This document shows positions 18,761 to 29,300 of a stretch of 64,000 nt of DNA, piece after piece; within the stretch, counting starts at the first letter, position 1; each line of letters begins with the position of its first letter. The position numbers were made by a program, and so were the translations under genes. Below the pieces are notes generated by a model. That model worked only from the letters and a program-made list of their open reading frames with translations. It did not search any database and had not been told where the DNA came from. Origin of the DNA: Acidobacteriota bacterium (GTDB lineage Bacteria > Acidobacteriota > UBA6911 > RPQK01 > CBDAPI01). The stretch lies in contig CBDFLV010000002.1 in NCBI GenBank assembly GCA_965249245.1, positions 134,057 through 198,056 of the forward strand. Direction: 5' to 3'.

Positions 18761-20026
18761 ATGAAGTATCAGGACTGCCTGGAGCATCTCGAGCAACTGG
18801 GCAACGAAGTTGCCACCCTGCGATTTGGTCTGGACAGCATTCGCACTCTGCTCCAGGAAATGGGAAATCCCCACCTGGACTTTCCCAGCGTGCTGGTGGC
18901 AGGAACCAACGGCAAGGGTTCTATCGCTCGATTCATCTCCTCGATCGCCGGCTCCTGCGGACTCCTGACCGGCCGCTTCGCTTCACCTCATCTGGTCACC
19001 GTTCGAGAGCGCATCTCTCTCAATGAAACCCCGCTGGGCCGCGAGGCTTTCGCAGAGTCTTTCGCCCGGGTCCAGAAAGCGGCCGGGACGGCAGATCTGC
19101 CCCTGCCTCCCACCTATTTTGAAACGCTCTGTGCAACCGCCCTGGACTGTTTCTCCCACCAGGGCATTGACCTGGCCGTGCTGGAGATCGGGCTGGGCGG
19201 CCGCCTGGACAGTACCAACGCCGTCGATCCGGTTCTGTCCGTCCTGGGCCCCATCGGGCTTGACCATCAGTTGCATCTCGGAAGCACAATCCAGGAGATA
19301 GCCGTAGAAAAGGCGGGAATCATTCGTCCGTCCACTCCGGTCGTGTCGGCTCCCCAGCGGGCCAGCGCAAAGAGGGTCATCAACGAGACCGCCCGGGAGA
19401 GCAGGGCGCCTCTCTATATGATCAAGCCCCACCAGGTCCGAACTCATCATACAAGGGAGGGGCGTTACCGCATCCACTATCGGGACATCCATGCCGAGCT
19501 GAGTGTCGTGGGCCAACATCAGGGGATCAACGCAGCCGTGGCCATTGAGTCTGTGAAGAGACTCGTGAGGCCCGGCTGGAGTTTCCCTGGAAAATCCATC
19601 GCGCAGGGACTTTCGGCCGTGCAGCCGTTTGGAGTTCTGCAGCGAATCGCTGCAGAGCCGGACGTCTTCGTGGACGGTGGACACAACCCGGATGCCGCCC
19701 GGGCGGTCTCGCGTTTCCTGAGATCTCACACAAGAGAACCTCGGCACCTGGTTTTCTCGATGATGCACGACAAGGATCTGGCTGCGGTTGCAGAGATACT
19801 CGCACCCCTGTTCGAACAAGTCTACCTGTTCGAGTTGAGTTCCATTCGAGCAGCCAGTGCATCCCAACTTCAGAAGGCGTTTCCGCAGGGTGTCTTGATC
19901 AGCGACCTGGAGCGCGCCCTCCGAGAAGCGCAGCAGCGAGCTGCCTCCGTTCTGGTATTCGGGTCGTTTCACCTGGCCGGAAAGATACTCGCCGAAAGGA
20001 ATGATTCAGGGAACTGCAGTGGCTGA
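18761..20026 (+). CDS. folC: Folylpolyglutamate synthase / dihydrofolate synthase (Mur ligase family)
   Basis: P-loop VAGTNGKGS and Mur ligase middle and C-terminal domains. The accD-folC order is typical. Confidence 0.85.
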   Translation: MKYQDCLEHLEQLGNEVATLRFGLDSIRTLLQEMGNPHLDFPSVLVAGTNGKGSIARFISSIAGSCGLLTGRFASPHLVTVRERISLNETPLGREAFAESFARVQKAAGTADLPLPPTYFETLCATALDCFSHQGIDLAVLEIGLGGRLDSTNAVDPVLSVLGPIGLDHQLHLGSTIQEIAVEKAGIIRPSTPVVSAPQRASAKRVINETARESRAPLYMIKPHQVRTHHTREGRYRIHYRDIHAELSVVGQHQGINAAVAIESVKRLVRPGWSFPGKSIAQGLSAVQPFGVLQRIAAEPDVFVDGGHNPDAARAVSRFLRSHTREPRHLVFSMMHDKDLAAVAEILAPLFEQVYLFELSSIRAASASQLQKAFPQGVLISDLERALREAQQRAASVLVFGSFHLAGKILAERNDSGNCSG

Positions 20027-20029
20027 TTG

Positions 20030-20593
20030 TCACTCAATCTGAAACAACAGCTGGCCACCGTCGATTGAAGCGTCGACGGCCACGTTGCAAAGGGTCACGG
20101 TACCGGCTTTTGGAGACTTCAATTCGTTTTGCATTTTCATCGACTCAACGATGGCCAGCCCTTCGCCGATCTCGACGTCGTCGCCGGGGCTCTTGAGGAC
20201 AGCAACTACTTTTCCCGGCATCTGCGCCTTGACCTGGGCGATCCCCTGAGCCGCAAGAACCGCGGAATTTCCCTTTCCCAGCCGTCTGGGATCCTGGATC
20301 TGGAACTCCAACACCTGATCACGCCAGGCCACAGTCCGGCTCGTGTCCCGACCGGATACGACCAGATGTTCGACGCGTTCGCCCACCCGAAGTACCAGTT
20401 GCTCCCCCTCCCGGGCCAGCAGCTCGACGCGGCTGAATCTCCCGTTCAATCCAACTCGGAAATCGGTGGCTGAGATCCGATCGATATGAACCTCGTTCTG
20501 GATGTCGCCGTAGCGTACTTTAAACTTCACTTCTTGAAATCCCAGGAACCTCTTCGCAATCCTCGCAGACGGGCGTCCTGCTTCCACTGGCTG
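20030..20593 (-). CDS. Biotin carboxyl carrier (BT plus biotinyl) domain portion of the same carboxylase alpha chain
   Basis: Biotinylation motif IVESMKMQNEL. The frame is open upstream to VEAGRPS (GTG). Probably the C-terminal part of a frameshifted PccA/AccA-type gene. Confidence 0.7.
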   Translation of the reverse strand, partial: QPVEAGRPSARIAKRFLGFQEVKFKVRYGDIQNEVHIDRISATDFRVGLNGRFSRVELLAREGEQLVLRVGERVEHLVVSGRDTSRTVAWRDQVLEFQIQDPRRLGKGNSAVLAAQGIAQVKAQMPGKVVAVLKSPGDDVEIGEGLAIVESMKMQNELKSPKAGTVTLCNVAVDASIDGGQLLFQIE

Positions 20594-22062
20594 GCGGGGC
20601 TGCAGGCCAGGGTCGAAGGCGTTTGGATTGCTTTGAAATAGTAATCAAGGGCCACACCGATCACCGCCGGGTCCACTTCATCGTCCAGGTTGTTGGCGAG
20701 AGCGTCCAGCAGCGCGTGTTCCTCCAGGAACTCAGTGCTCAGCTGCCCCTTCAAGAATTCCGGATGACGGAACAGGACTCGGAAGAAAGGAATTGTAGTG
20801 GCCACCCCGGCAACCTTGTACTCATGAAGGGCACGCGTCATTCTTTGCAGAGCCTCAGCCCTGTCTCCGCCCCACGCCACCAGCTTTGAGATCAGAGGAT
20901 CGTAATCGACCGGGATGGTGGCACCTTGAAAGACTCCACTATCGTTCCGAATGCCGGGGCCTGAAGGCTCCAGCAGGGTGAAAACTGTGCCTGGTGATGG
21001 AAAAAAATCATTGCCAGGATCTTCAGCATAGACCCGGCACTCCACGGCTGCCCCTCGCGGAGCCAGTCTTTCCTGCTGTAGCTTCAGCGGCTCTCCATTC
21101 GCTATGCGAATCTGTTCTTTGACCAGGTCAACGCCATAGACCATCTCCGTCACCGGGTGCTCAACCTGAAGCCTTGCGTTGATCTCCAGGAAGTAGAAGG
21201 GAGGCACCTCCTCAGTACTGCTCCCATCCACCAGAAACTCAACCGTACCTGCGTTGAAGTACCCGGATGCCCGGGCTGCTGAGAGTGCAGCCTCGCCCAG
21301 CGCCTCCCTGAACGCGACTCCGACTCGGGGAGAGGGACACTCTTCAACAATTTTCTGATGCCGGCGCTGGATCGAACATTCTCTTTCCCCCAGGTGAACG
21401 AGGTTTCCGAGTTGGTCTCCCAGAATTTGAACCTCAATATGACGCGGTCTGGGAACAACCTTTTCGAGAAACACCCGGGAGTCCCCAAAGGAGGCCTCTG
21501 CCTCTCCTCTAGTCAGGACGAAAGCCTGCTTCAATTCCTCCGCCGACCTGATTAGACGCATACCCTTGCCACCTCCGCCGGCTCGCGCCTTGAGCATGAC
21601 CGGATAACCAAGCGTGCCTGCTACCCTCACCGCCTCATCCAGCGCCTCAAGGCTCCGGTCACTTCCCGGAATAACCGGCACTCCGGCACCCTCAACGGTC
21701 CGTCGGGCGTGCACTTTGTCTCCCATCATCTCTATGCTTTCCGCGGAGGGACCGATGAAGGTGATGCCGGCTTCACTGCAGGCCCGGACAAAAAGGGGAT
21801 TCTCGCTCAGGAAGCCGTACCCCGGGTGAATAGCGTCCGCCTCGAGTGACTTGGCCGCTGCCAGGATTCTTTCGATCGAAAGATAGCTTTCAGCGGCTGG
21901 CGCCTCCCCAATGAAGCAGACCGAGTCGGCCAGTCGGACGGAGAGAGAACCTCTGTCAGCCGAGGAGTACACGACGGCCGGTGAGATGCCCATCTCCCGG
22001 CAGGCCCGGATGATCCTGACGGCGATTTCTCCGCGGTTGGCGATTAGAATTCGAGAAAACAT
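20527..22062 (-). CDS. Acetyl/propionyl-CoA carboxylase alpha chain, biotin carboxylase (ATP-grasp) portion
   Basis: 511 aa running from MFSRILIANRGEIAVRIIRA to EFLEEHALL. The last 60 bp overlap the next ORF in a different frame. Confidence 0.8.
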   Translation of the reverse strand: MFSRILIANRGEIAVRIIRACREMGISPAVVYSSADRGSLSVRLADSVCFIGEAPAAESYLSIERILAAAKSLEADAIHPGYGFLSENPLFVRACSEAGITFIGPSAESIEMMGDKVHARRTVEGAGVPVIPGSDRSLEALDEAVRVAGTLGYPVMLKARAGGGGKGMRLIRSAEELKQAFVLTRGEAEASFGDSRVFLEKVVPRPRHIEVQILGDQLGNLVHLGERECSIQRRHQKIVEECPSPRVGVAFREALGEAALSAARASGYFNAGTVEFLVDGSSTEEVPPFYFLEINARLQVEHPVTEMVYGVDLVKEQIRIANGEPLKLQQERLAPRGAAVECRVYAEDPGNDFFPSPGTVFTLLEPSGPGIRNDSGVFQGATIPVDYDPLISKLVAWGGDRAEALQRMTRALHEYKVAGVATTIPFFRVLFRHPEFLKGQLSTEFLEEHALLDALANNLDDEVDPAVIGVALDYYFKAIQTPSTLACSPASQWKQDARLRGLRRGSWDFKK

Positions 22063-22085
22063 GTTGGAGCCAGATCGCGGCCGAT

Positions 22086-22152
22086 TCAGGCCGGATCCCC
22101 TTCAGGCCGGATCCCCCTCAGGCCGGATCCCCTTCAGGCCGGATCCTCCTCA
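22086..22152. repeat. 16-mer x4 tandem repeat (CAGGCCGGATCCCCTT) filling the pccB-pccA intergenic spacer
   Basis: caggccggatcccctt caggccggatccccct caggccggatcccctt caggccggatcctcct, ending at the pccB stop codon. Confidence 0.85.
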
Positions 22153-23715
22153 GAGAGGGATATTGCCGTGTTTCTTCGGGGGATTGCTGTCGCGCTTTGT
22201 ATTGGCCATGTCGAGCGCTGAGATCAGTTTGCTTCTGGTTTCTCGGGGATTGATAACGGCGTCGATAAAGCCTCGCTCGGCAGCATCATATGGATTGGCG
22301 AATTTGGCCCGGAACTCGTCGGTCTTCTGTTGCTTGAACGCTTCTGCATTCTCTGCCCCAGCCAGTTCGCGCCGGAAAAGGATCTCAACTGCACCCTGTG
22401 ACCCCATCACAGCTATCTCAGCTGTAGGATAAGCGTAGTTCATGTCGGCTCGAATGTGCTTCGAAGCCATCACACAGTACGCACCTCCGTACGCCTTCCG
22501 GGTAATGAGCGTAATCTTCGGGACGGTGGCCTCGGCAAAGGCATAGAGCAACTTGGCTCCGTGTCGGATAATCCCGTTGTGCTCCTGATCAACACCGGGC
22601 AGAAAACCCGGAACATCCTCAAAGATGATCAAGGGAATGTTGAACGCATCGCAGAAACGGACAAACCGTGCTCCCTTGACTGACGAGTTGATGTCCAGAG
22701 TACCTGCCAACACATCCGGCTGGTTTGCCACCAACCCGACGGATTCTCCATTCAACCGGGCAAAGCCGACGACGATGTTGGGAGCGAAGTCAGCCTGGAT
22801 CTCGAAGAAGTGCCCATCATCGACCACCGCCCCAATGACTCGCTTGATGTCATAAGGCTGGTCCGGTTCACTCGGAACCAGGTGATCCAGATCGGGCTCG
22901 ACTCTGTCGATTGGATCCTCGCACTCTTTTCTGGGTGGAGACTCCAAGTTGTTGGAAGGCAGGAAGGAGAGCAGCTCCCTGGTCTGCGCGAGACAGCTTT
23001 CGTCGTCAGGCGCCACCAGGTGCGCGATCCCACTTTTGGAGGAATGAGTGGCGGCACCTCCCAGCTCGTCTTTGGAAACCTCCTCGCCCGTCACGGTTCG
23101 AATCACATCAGGACCGGTAATGAACATGTAGCTGCTGTTCTGCACCATGAGAACGAAATCGGTAATGGCCGGGGAATAGACAGCTCCTCCCGCGCAGGGA
23201 CCCATGATGGCTGAGATCTGAGGCACGACACCGCTGGCCAGCGTATTTCTGAGGAAGATATCGGCGTAGCCGGCCAGGCTGACAACCCCTTCCTGAATCC
23301 TGGCTCCTCCACTGTCGTTCAACCCGATGATGGGAGAACCCATCTTCACGGCCAGATCCATCACCTTGCAGATCTTGGCGGCGTAGGTCTCCGAAAGGCT
23401 CCCTCCAAAGACCGTAAAGTCCTGGGCGAAAACGAACATGTTGCGCCCGTCGATGCGGCCATACCCGGTGACTACGCCGTCCCCGGGGATGCGCTTGTCT
23501 GCCATCTCGAAATCGGTGCAGCGATGCACAACGAACTTGTCGATCTCTTCGAAACTCCCCTCATCGAGAAGAAAATCGATTCGTTCGCGGGCGGTCAGCT
23601 TTCCGGCGGCATGCTGCCTTGCGACGCGAGCTTCACCCCCGCCGGCCTCAGCCCTGCGGTGACGCTGCTCCAACTCCTCAAGCTTGCGATCGAGTTCCGA
23701 TTCGAGCTGTTTCAT
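22150..23715 (-). CDS. pccB: Propionyl-CoA / acyl-CoA carboxylase carboxyltransferase beta subunit
   Basis: 521 aa; both carboxyltransferase N- and C-subdomains are present (GGARIQEG etc.). Confidence 0.9.
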   Translation of the reverse strand: MKQLESELDRKLEELEQRHRRAEAGGGEARVARQHAAGKLTARERIDFLLDEGSFEEIDKFVVHRCTDFEMADKRIPGDGVVTGYGRIDGRNMFVFAQDFTVFGGSLSETYAAKICKVMDLAVKMGSPIIGLNDSGGARIQEGVVSLAGYADIFLRNTLASGVVPQISAIMGPCAGGAVYSPAITDFVLMVQNSSYMFITGPDVIRTVTGEEVSKDELGGAATHSSKSGIAHLVAPDDESCLAQTRELLSFLPSNNLESPPRKECEDPIDRVEPDLDHLVPSEPDQPYDIKRVIGAVVDDGHFFEIQADFAPNIVVGFARLNGESVGLVANQPDVLAGTLDINSSVKGARFVRFCDAFNIPLIIFEDVPGFLPGVDQEHNGIIRHGAKLLYAFAEATVPKITLITRKAYGGAYCVMASKHIRADMNYAYPTAEIAVMGSQGAVEILFRRELAGAENAEAFKQQKTDEFRAKFANPYDAAERGFIDAVINPRETRSKLISALDMANTKRDSNPPKKHGNIPL

Positions 23716-23733
23716 CTCAATCAGGTAGCGCGA

Positions 23734-24390
23734 TCAGACGCCCACGACCTCTTTGTGCTTGTTCCAGTCTGCCAGGAACTGCTGGAGGCCCTTCGTGGTG
23801 AGCGGATGTTGGATCAGCTTGTCCAGCAGCTGGGGAGGAAGAGTGACCACATCTGCGCCCAGCATAGCTGACTTCATGACGTGTTGGGGACTGCGAACAG
23901 AAGCCACCAGAATCTCAGTTTCGAAGGCATACTGGTCGAATATTGTTGCGATATCGGCGATCAACTCCATCCCGTCGCCAGTGATGTCGTCGATGCGACC
24001 CACAAATGGGCTGACGTAGGCGGCCCCGTTTCGAGCTGCCAGCAGTGCCTGAACAGCCTGAAAAATGAGGGTCATATTGACGCGAATTCCCTCGCCACTC
24101 AAAACCTTGAGCGCCTTCAGACCTTCCTTGATCGTCGGGAGTTTCACGACCACATTGGGCGCTATGGCAGCCAGCTTGCGCCCTTCTTCGACCATCGCTT
24201 CGGAGTCGATCGAGACAACCTCCAGGCTGACCGGCCCGTCCACCATCTGGCAAATCTCCTTCGCCACCTCATCGAACGGTCGGCCCGTCTTCGAGATGAG
24301 GGAAGGATTGGTGGTCACTCCGTCCACGAATCCCAGCGGGAGACAGTCCCGGATCTCGTCAACATTGGCAGTGTCCAAAAAAAACTTCAT
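23734..24390 (-). CDS. Transaldolase / fructose-6-phosphate aldolase (short TalC/FSA type)
   Basis: 218 aa starting MKFFLDTANVDEI, with the Schiff-base lysine region VVVKLP. Confidence 0.9.
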   Translation of the reverse strand: MKFFLDTANVDEIRDCLPLGFVDGVTTNPSLISKTGRPFDEVAKEICQMVDGPVSLEVVSIDSEAMVEEGRKLAAIAPNVVVKLPTIKEGLKALKVLSGEGIRVNMTLIFQAVQALLAARNGAAYVSPFVGRIDDITGDGMELIADIATIFDQYAFETEILVASVRSPQHVMKSAMLGADVVTLPPQLLDKLIQHPLTTKGLQQFLADWNKHKEVVGV

Positions 24391-24423
24391 GAGTGGGTTC
24401 CTCCTAGATTCTTCTTCCCCGGT

Positions 24424-24858
24424 TCATGGGTTTGATCCTTTCGTCCAGGCTACAAAGTTGGAGTATTCTGACTGAAAGCCTGTCGAGTCTACAAACTTGA
24501 GCGCATATCTGCAGCCGGCCCGGACAGTCTGGTCACCATCTTCGAAGACAAACTGGTTCACTTGCCGGGCCTCGACCAGTTCGTCCTGAAAAAGCCTGGC
24601 AATGAGCAAAGATCGCTCCTCCACGACCAGCGGGGGGCACTGGCGGTACACTTCAACATATTCCACATCATTCGAGGGAAGCCGGAAGACGAGCCGGGGA
24701 CCGCGATTCCCAGCCTCGACTCGAAGATTATTGATCGTATCAGGATACACAACCCCCGGGGGCAAGGGGGCCCCTACCTTGCCACAGGAAAGAAGCAGGC
24801 CGATCGCCAGAAAAGGCGAAGAAAGTATGATCGGGCTCCTTTCCCTCCAGGTTCTCAC
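24424..24858 (-). CDS. Hypothetical lipoprotein
   Basis: Signal peptide plus lipobox LAIGLLLSCGK. A GTG start at 24858 is inferred; the ORF track extends to 24942. Confidence 0.4.
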   Translation of the reverse strand: MRTWRERSPIILSSPFLAIGLLLSCGKVGAPLPPGVVYPDTINNLRVEAGNRGPRLVFRLPSNDVEYVEVYRQCPPLVVEERSLLIARLFQDELVEARQVNQFVFEDGDQTVRAGCRYALKFVDSTGFQSEYSNFVAWTKGSNP

Positions 24859-25079
24859 ATGGAAGCTGACTGTAATAGACAAGCAGTTACGGCAAACCAA
24901 CTGTTGGATGTTGCTACCTTCGACCCCGCTTCGGGCGACCATCGTTCACCGAACTCGCGGATCGCGCAGGCGAACTTCCGGGAGCCCACCAGCGCCGGAT
25001 CTACAACCCCGGTCCAATATAGTATACCCTCTCCCCTCGACAATACCGGTTGCCATCTGGGAGTACCGGGGGCTCATGC

Positions 25080-26663
25080 ATGCACGACTTCAGTACTGAC
25101 TTTGTGGTCATAGGAAGTGGGATAGCCGGGGTCCGCGCGGCCATCGAGTTGTCTCGAGTTGGGGAGGTCATGGTTTTGGCCAAATCGCGCACTGGCGAGA
25201 CCAGCACCGAGTATGCGCAGGGGGGTATTGCAGTGGCGATCAGTGAGGGAGATAGTCTCGATCTTCACTTCAAGGATACGCTCGAGGCAGGTGCCGGAAT
25301 CTGTGACGAAGCAGCGGCACGGGTTCTGGTGGAAGAGGGCCCGCGGCGAGTTCGGGAGCTCCTCGATTGGGGAACAGAGTTCGACAAGGCCGGGGGGGCC
25401 CTGGCTTTTACGCGCGAAGCGGCTCACAGTCGAAATCGAATTCTCCATGCAAGAGGCGATGCGACCGGCCGGGAGATCAGTAAGACTCTCATCCAAAAGG
25501 CGAGGAGTTCGGCCTCTATTCGTCTACTTCCCCACAGTTGTGCGGTTGATCTACTGGTCGGTTCCAACGGTTGTGAGGGTGTCCGTTTCCTGGAACTGTC
25601 GAGCGGAGAAAAGAGGGAGATCCGGGCTGACAGAGTCTTGCTGGCGACCGGCGGACTGGGAGCGGCTTTTGGGCAGACCACGAATCCCGAGATCGCGACC
25701 GGGGACGGAACCGCAATGGCCCTCCGCGGCGGGGCGACGCTTGCCGACATGGAGTTTGTTCAATTCCACCCAACAGTTCTCAAGCTGGAGGGAGCGAACC
25801 CTTTCCTGCTCACCGAGGCGCTGAGAGGTGAAGGAGCCCACCTGTGTGATGCATCCGGTAACCGATTCATGGCTGGTTACCATCCACTGGCTGAACTGGC
25901 CGCGCGCGATATCGTGTCGCGGGCCATCGTTAGCGAACTCGAAACCCGGGAGGATTCTGCCGTTTTCCTGGACCTTCGGCATCTCGATTCGGAGTTCGTC
26001 AAGAGCCGCTTCCCCACCATCTTCTCGCATCTTCTCAATCTGAAACTCGACTTGAGGCGGGATCTGATCCCGGTCTATCCGGCGGCCCACTACATGATGG
26101 GTGGGGTTGCCACGGATCTAATGGGAAGGAGCAGCATTCCCGGACTTTACGCTGCCGGTGAAGTCGCTTGCACCGGGGCGCACGGGGCAAACCGGCTGGC
26201 CAGCAATTCACTCCTCGACGGTCTGGTCTTTGGAACCCGGGCCGGGCAATCGATGCCCGAAGCAGCTTCGGCCTGGTCGCCCCCGGGGACGCCGGTGTCG
26301 GGTTCTCTGGTCTCAGTGCCCGATTCCGAGGTGCCCGCGCAGCGCGGGCTTCTGAGAAACACGCTGACGGAGAAGGTCGGCATGTCCCGCACTGCTTCTG
26401 GACTGACCGAGGCGATTTTCAATTTGGGATCGGCCCGACCAGAAGCCGCAACCAGGGATCGTCAGAGGGAGTCGGAGAACATTCGTTTGAACGGCCTGGC
26501 CATGGCGGCCGCCGCCGTGGTGCGGCAAGAAAGCCGCGGGTGTCATTATCGTCGGGATTTCCCCAGAGTCAATGAAACAGAGTGGAAATGCCACAGCCTG
26601 CTCGTGTATTCCTCCGAGACCAACCAGCTGAACGTCAGCAGGCTGCCGGCACTTCAAAAGTAA
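25080..26663 (+). CDS. nadB: L-aspartate oxidase
   Basis: FAD-binding DFVVIGSGIAGVRAA; fumarate reductase/succinate dehydrogenase flavoprotein-like; about 528 aa. Confidence 0.85.
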   Translation: MHDFSTDFVVIGSGIAGVRAAIELSRVGEVMVLAKSRTGETSTEYAQGGIAVAISEGDSLDLHFKDTLEAGAGICDEAAARVLVEEGPRRVRELLDWGTEFDKAGGALAFTREAAHSRNRILHARGDATGREISKTLIQKARSSASIRLLPHSCAVDLLVGSNGCEGVRFLELSSGEKREIRADRVLLATGGLGAAFGQTTNPEIATGDGTAMALRGGATLADMEFVQFHPTVLKLEGANPFLLTEALRGEGAHLCDASGNRFMAGYHPLAELAARDIVSRAIVSELETREDSAVFLDLRHLDSEFVKSRFPTIFSHLLNLKLDLRRDLIPVYPAAHYMMGGVATDLMGRSSIPGLYAAGEVACTGAHGANRLASNSLLDGLVFGTRAGQSMPEAASAWSPPGTPVSGSLVSVPDSEVPAQRGLLRNTLTEKVGMSRTASGLTEAIFNLGSARPEAATRDRQRESENIRLNGLAMAAAAVVRQESRGCHYRRDFPRVNETEWKCHSLLVYSSETNQLNVSRLPALQK

Positions 26664-26690
26664 CATCGGGTCAGCCGCCGCCGAGGGATC

Positions 26691-27869
26691 GTGACTCACT
26701 ACATCCGACACCTGGAATGCTCCAGGAGCGCCGCCACATATCCTCCCGACCAGCTCTACAATCTCTCCCCGGGATCCGGGGCGCCGCTGTTTGTCCGCTA
26801 TCGCCTCGAGGACATCAAGCTCCGTCTGAAAAGCAGCCAACTGGCGGCCCGCATTCCCTGCATGTGGCGCTACCGGGAACTATTGCCGGTAGCCATCGAA
26901 GAGGAGATCGTATCGCTCGGCGAGGGCTGGACTCCCCTGATCCGACTCGCCAACCTGGCGAAAAGGTATGGATTTGGTAACCTTTTTGTGAAGAATGAGG
27001 CCCACAACCCTACGGGATCTTTTAAGGACCGGGGGCTCTCGGCGGCCGTCACCATGGCCAGGAAGCTGGGCGCCCGAAAACTCTGTATCCCAACCGCAGG
27101 GAATGCCGGGGGGGCACTGGCTGCCTATGGGGCCAGGGCCGGACTGGAAGTCTTTGTCTTCATGCCTGCTGACACCCCTCGGACCAATCTTCAGGAGTGC
27201 CTGCTGGCGGGGGCCCTGGTCACCCAGGTCGACGGCCTGATCAGTGATGCGGCTCGCCTGATGGAGGAGCTCAGGAAGGAAAGGGGCTGGTTTGACGTTT
27301 CCACGCTCAAGGAGCCGTATCGGATCGAAGGGAAGAAGACAATGGGATACGAACTGGCGGAACAGTTCGACTGGACCCTTCCCGATGTGATCCTCTACCC
27401 GACGGGTGGCGGCACCGGCCTGATCGGGATGTGGAAGGCCTTTCAAGAATTAGAACAACTGGGGTGGATTGGGAGTTCCAGGCCGCGGATGGTGGCGGTT
27501 CAGTCATCCGGCTGTGCGCCTGTCGTCAGGGCCTTCCAGGAAGGTCGAGAGGAGTCTGATTATTGGCCCGAAGCCACCACTCTGGCTTCAGGAATTCGGG
27601 TCCCAAAAGCGCTGGGCGATTTTCTGATCCTGCGCTACATCCGAGAGAGCCGGGGCTGTGCTCTGAGCGTAACTGATGAAGAGATTCAAAAAGCCGTTCA
27701 AGAGGTTGCCGTTCAAGAAGGGATCCTCCTGTGTTCGGAAGGTGCCGCCTGCTGGGCCGCCCTCAAGGCACTCCGGGACCAGGGTAAAGTGGGCCTCGAA
27801 GAACGTGTCGTCCTCTTCAACACTGCCTCAGCCCACAAGTACCCCGAAGTCAACGCCGGCCTGGTCTAG
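26691..27869 (+). CDS. thrC: Threonine synthase (PLP-dependent, fold type II)
   Basis: PLP-lysine motif TGSFKDRG, N-terminal LECSRS Zn-ribbon-like segment, 392 aa. Confidence 0.8.
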   Translation: MTHYIRHLECSRSAATYPPDQLYNLSPGSGAPLFVRYRLEDIKLRLKSSQLAARIPCMWRYRELLPVAIEEEIVSLGEGWTPLIRLANLAKRYGFGNLFVKNEAHNPTGSFKDRGLSAAVTMARKLGARKLCIPTAGNAGGALAAYGARAGLEVFVFMPADTPRTNLQECLLAGALVTQVDGLISDAARLMEELRKERGWFDVSTLKEPYRIEGKKTMGYELAEQFDWTLPDVILYPTGGGTGLIGMWKAFQELEQLGWIGSSRPRMVAVQSSGCAPVVRAFQEGREESDYWPEATTLASGIRVPKALGDFLILRYIRESRGCALSVTDEEIQKAVQEVAVQEGILLCSEGAACWAALKALRDQGKVGLEERVVLFNTASAHKYPEVNAGLV

Positions 27870-27874
27870 GATTC

Positions 27875-27927
27875 GGTTCCAAGTTCCACGAACCTTTAAC
27901 CTTTAACCTTCAACCAGTAACCAGCAA
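27875..27927. repeat. Tandem heptamer array (GTTCCAA, CCTTTAA, CCTTCAA, CAGTAAC units)
   Basis: ggttccaagttccacgaacctttaacctttaaccttcaaccagtaaccagcaac, lying between the convergent gene ends of thrC and the nucleosidase. Confidence 0.8.
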
Positions 27928-28533
27928 CTACCCAGAAAGCACCCGAATCATCCGACCCAGGTACCGGCCAAGGCATTCCATGTTGGCATCGAACTCCCTC
28001 CAATAGCCGGCGATTCCCGAGTCTGCAGTGTCTGAAACGACCTTGAGTGCGAGCGTTGGAATGTGCAGCTGTTGGCCAGCAGCCAGCACTCCCGCGCTTT
28101 CCATATCGCATATCAGGGCGCCGCTTTCTTCATGAAGGCGGAGTCTCCGGCCTGCCTGGAGAACCGGGCTCCTGAGTGTGATTCCGACACCTTGGGCTGG
28201 AAAACCCCGAGCTGCCAGGAAAGGAACCATCTCGCTCGACTGTTCGTAGCACCGACCGTCACCAAAGCACCAGCGCTCGGGGAAGATCACCGCACCTAGC
28301 TCGACGTTCCCACCCAGTTGACCGGCTGTCCCGGCAAAGATGATGGCGGCCGGACGCCCCTGACGGGCCTTCTGTTCAAGTTGTTTCCGAGAGCGGTTCC
28401 ATCCCAGGCCGGTACGCAGAAACTGAAGGTTCGCAGGCAGACAGCCACGCAGCACATCGAGTTCCCTCCCCAGCGCACAGGCGATCAGGATTTGTTCTAT
28501 CGGATAGGGTGGTGGCACGAAGCTAGAATCCAA
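27928..28533 (-). CDS. Nucleoside phosphorylase-family protein (MTA/SAH nucleosidase or futalosine hydrolase-like)
   Basis: PNP_UDP_1 fold signatures AIIFAGTAGQLG and ICDMESAGV. 201 aa. Confidence 0.55.
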   Translation of the reverse strand: MDSSFVPPPYPIEQILIACALGRELDVLRGCLPANLQFLRTGLGWNRSRKQLEQKARQGRPAAIIFAGTAGQLGGNVELGAVIFPERWCFGDGRCYEQSSEMVPFLAARGFPAQGVGITLRSPVLQAGRRLRLHEESGALICDMESAGVLAAGQQLHIPTLALKVVSDTADSGIAGYWREFDANMECLGRYLGRMIRVLSG

Positions 28534-28814
28534 TCGATCTCGATACGCTCGGCTCTTTCCTTCTGGTGAAGATTGTCGAACGGCTCACAGTGATCGGATT
28601 CGTCCTGAAAATCCATCACTTCGAGCTCCCGGCTGCCGACCACTGTTGTCTTTTTTCTGTTGGCCCGATAATAATCGGTGATCAGGTTGCGGCCCACTCT
28701 CACGATGTCCTTCCCTCATCGCAGCCCGTCCAACAAGGTACAACGGGAAGGCTGAATGAAAAGTTCCGGGCTGTTGTTTTGAGTTTCCTGGAGCGTTGAC
28801 GGTACCATGAATCC

Positions 28815-29300
28815 ATGCTCTGCCCTTTTTGTCAGCACAGGAAAGACCGGGTGGTGGAATCCCGCGAGAGTCGGGAAGGCCACGTCATTCGCCGGCGCCG
28901 AGAATGTCTTTCATGCGGACGCCGCTACACTACTTACGAGAGAAGCGAGGAAATCCCTTACCTGGTCGTCAAAAAGGACGGCCGCCGCGAGCGATTCAAT
29001 CGATCCAAGATCCTCGCCGGCGTCTTGCGGGCCTGCGAAAAGCGTCGGGTTCCGAGAAAAGAGCTGGAAGAAATCGTAGAAAGGGTGGAGCGGATGCTTG
29101 TGAGCAGCCAGGAAGGGGAAGTCAAGACAGAGGCGATCGGAAAGCTGGTCATGCAACAGCTCAAGAAGATTGACAAGGTAGCCTATGTCCGCTTCGCCTC
29201 CGTTTACAGAGAGTTCAGGGACGTCCGAGAGTTTCAGGACGAGATTGAACGCCTCCACAGACGGCAGCGCCCAAACACCTCCAAGTCGACAACGCAGTGA
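28815..29300 (+). CDS. nrdR: Transcriptional repressor NrdR
   Basis: [17 protein letters not shown] Zn ribbon followed by an ATP-cone domain. Confidence 0.9.
   Translation: MLCPFCQHRKDRVVESRESREGHVIRRRRECLSCGRRYTTYERSEEIPYLVVKKDGRRERFNRSKILAGVLRACEKRRVPRKELEEIVERVERMLVSSQEGEVKTEAIGKLVMQQLKKIDKVAYVRFASVYREFRDVREFQDEIERLHRRQRPNTSKSTTQ

Noticed and set aside
23881-24475. Plus-strand ORFs of 184 and 136 aa.
   Set aside because: They are antisense to the transaldolase gene, which is well supported.
28497-28703. 68-aa minus-strand ORF in the nucleosidase/nrdR divergent region.
   Set aside because: It overlaps the nucleosidase N-terminus and has no recognisable features or ribosome-binding site. 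It could be a real small protein, but there is insufficient support.
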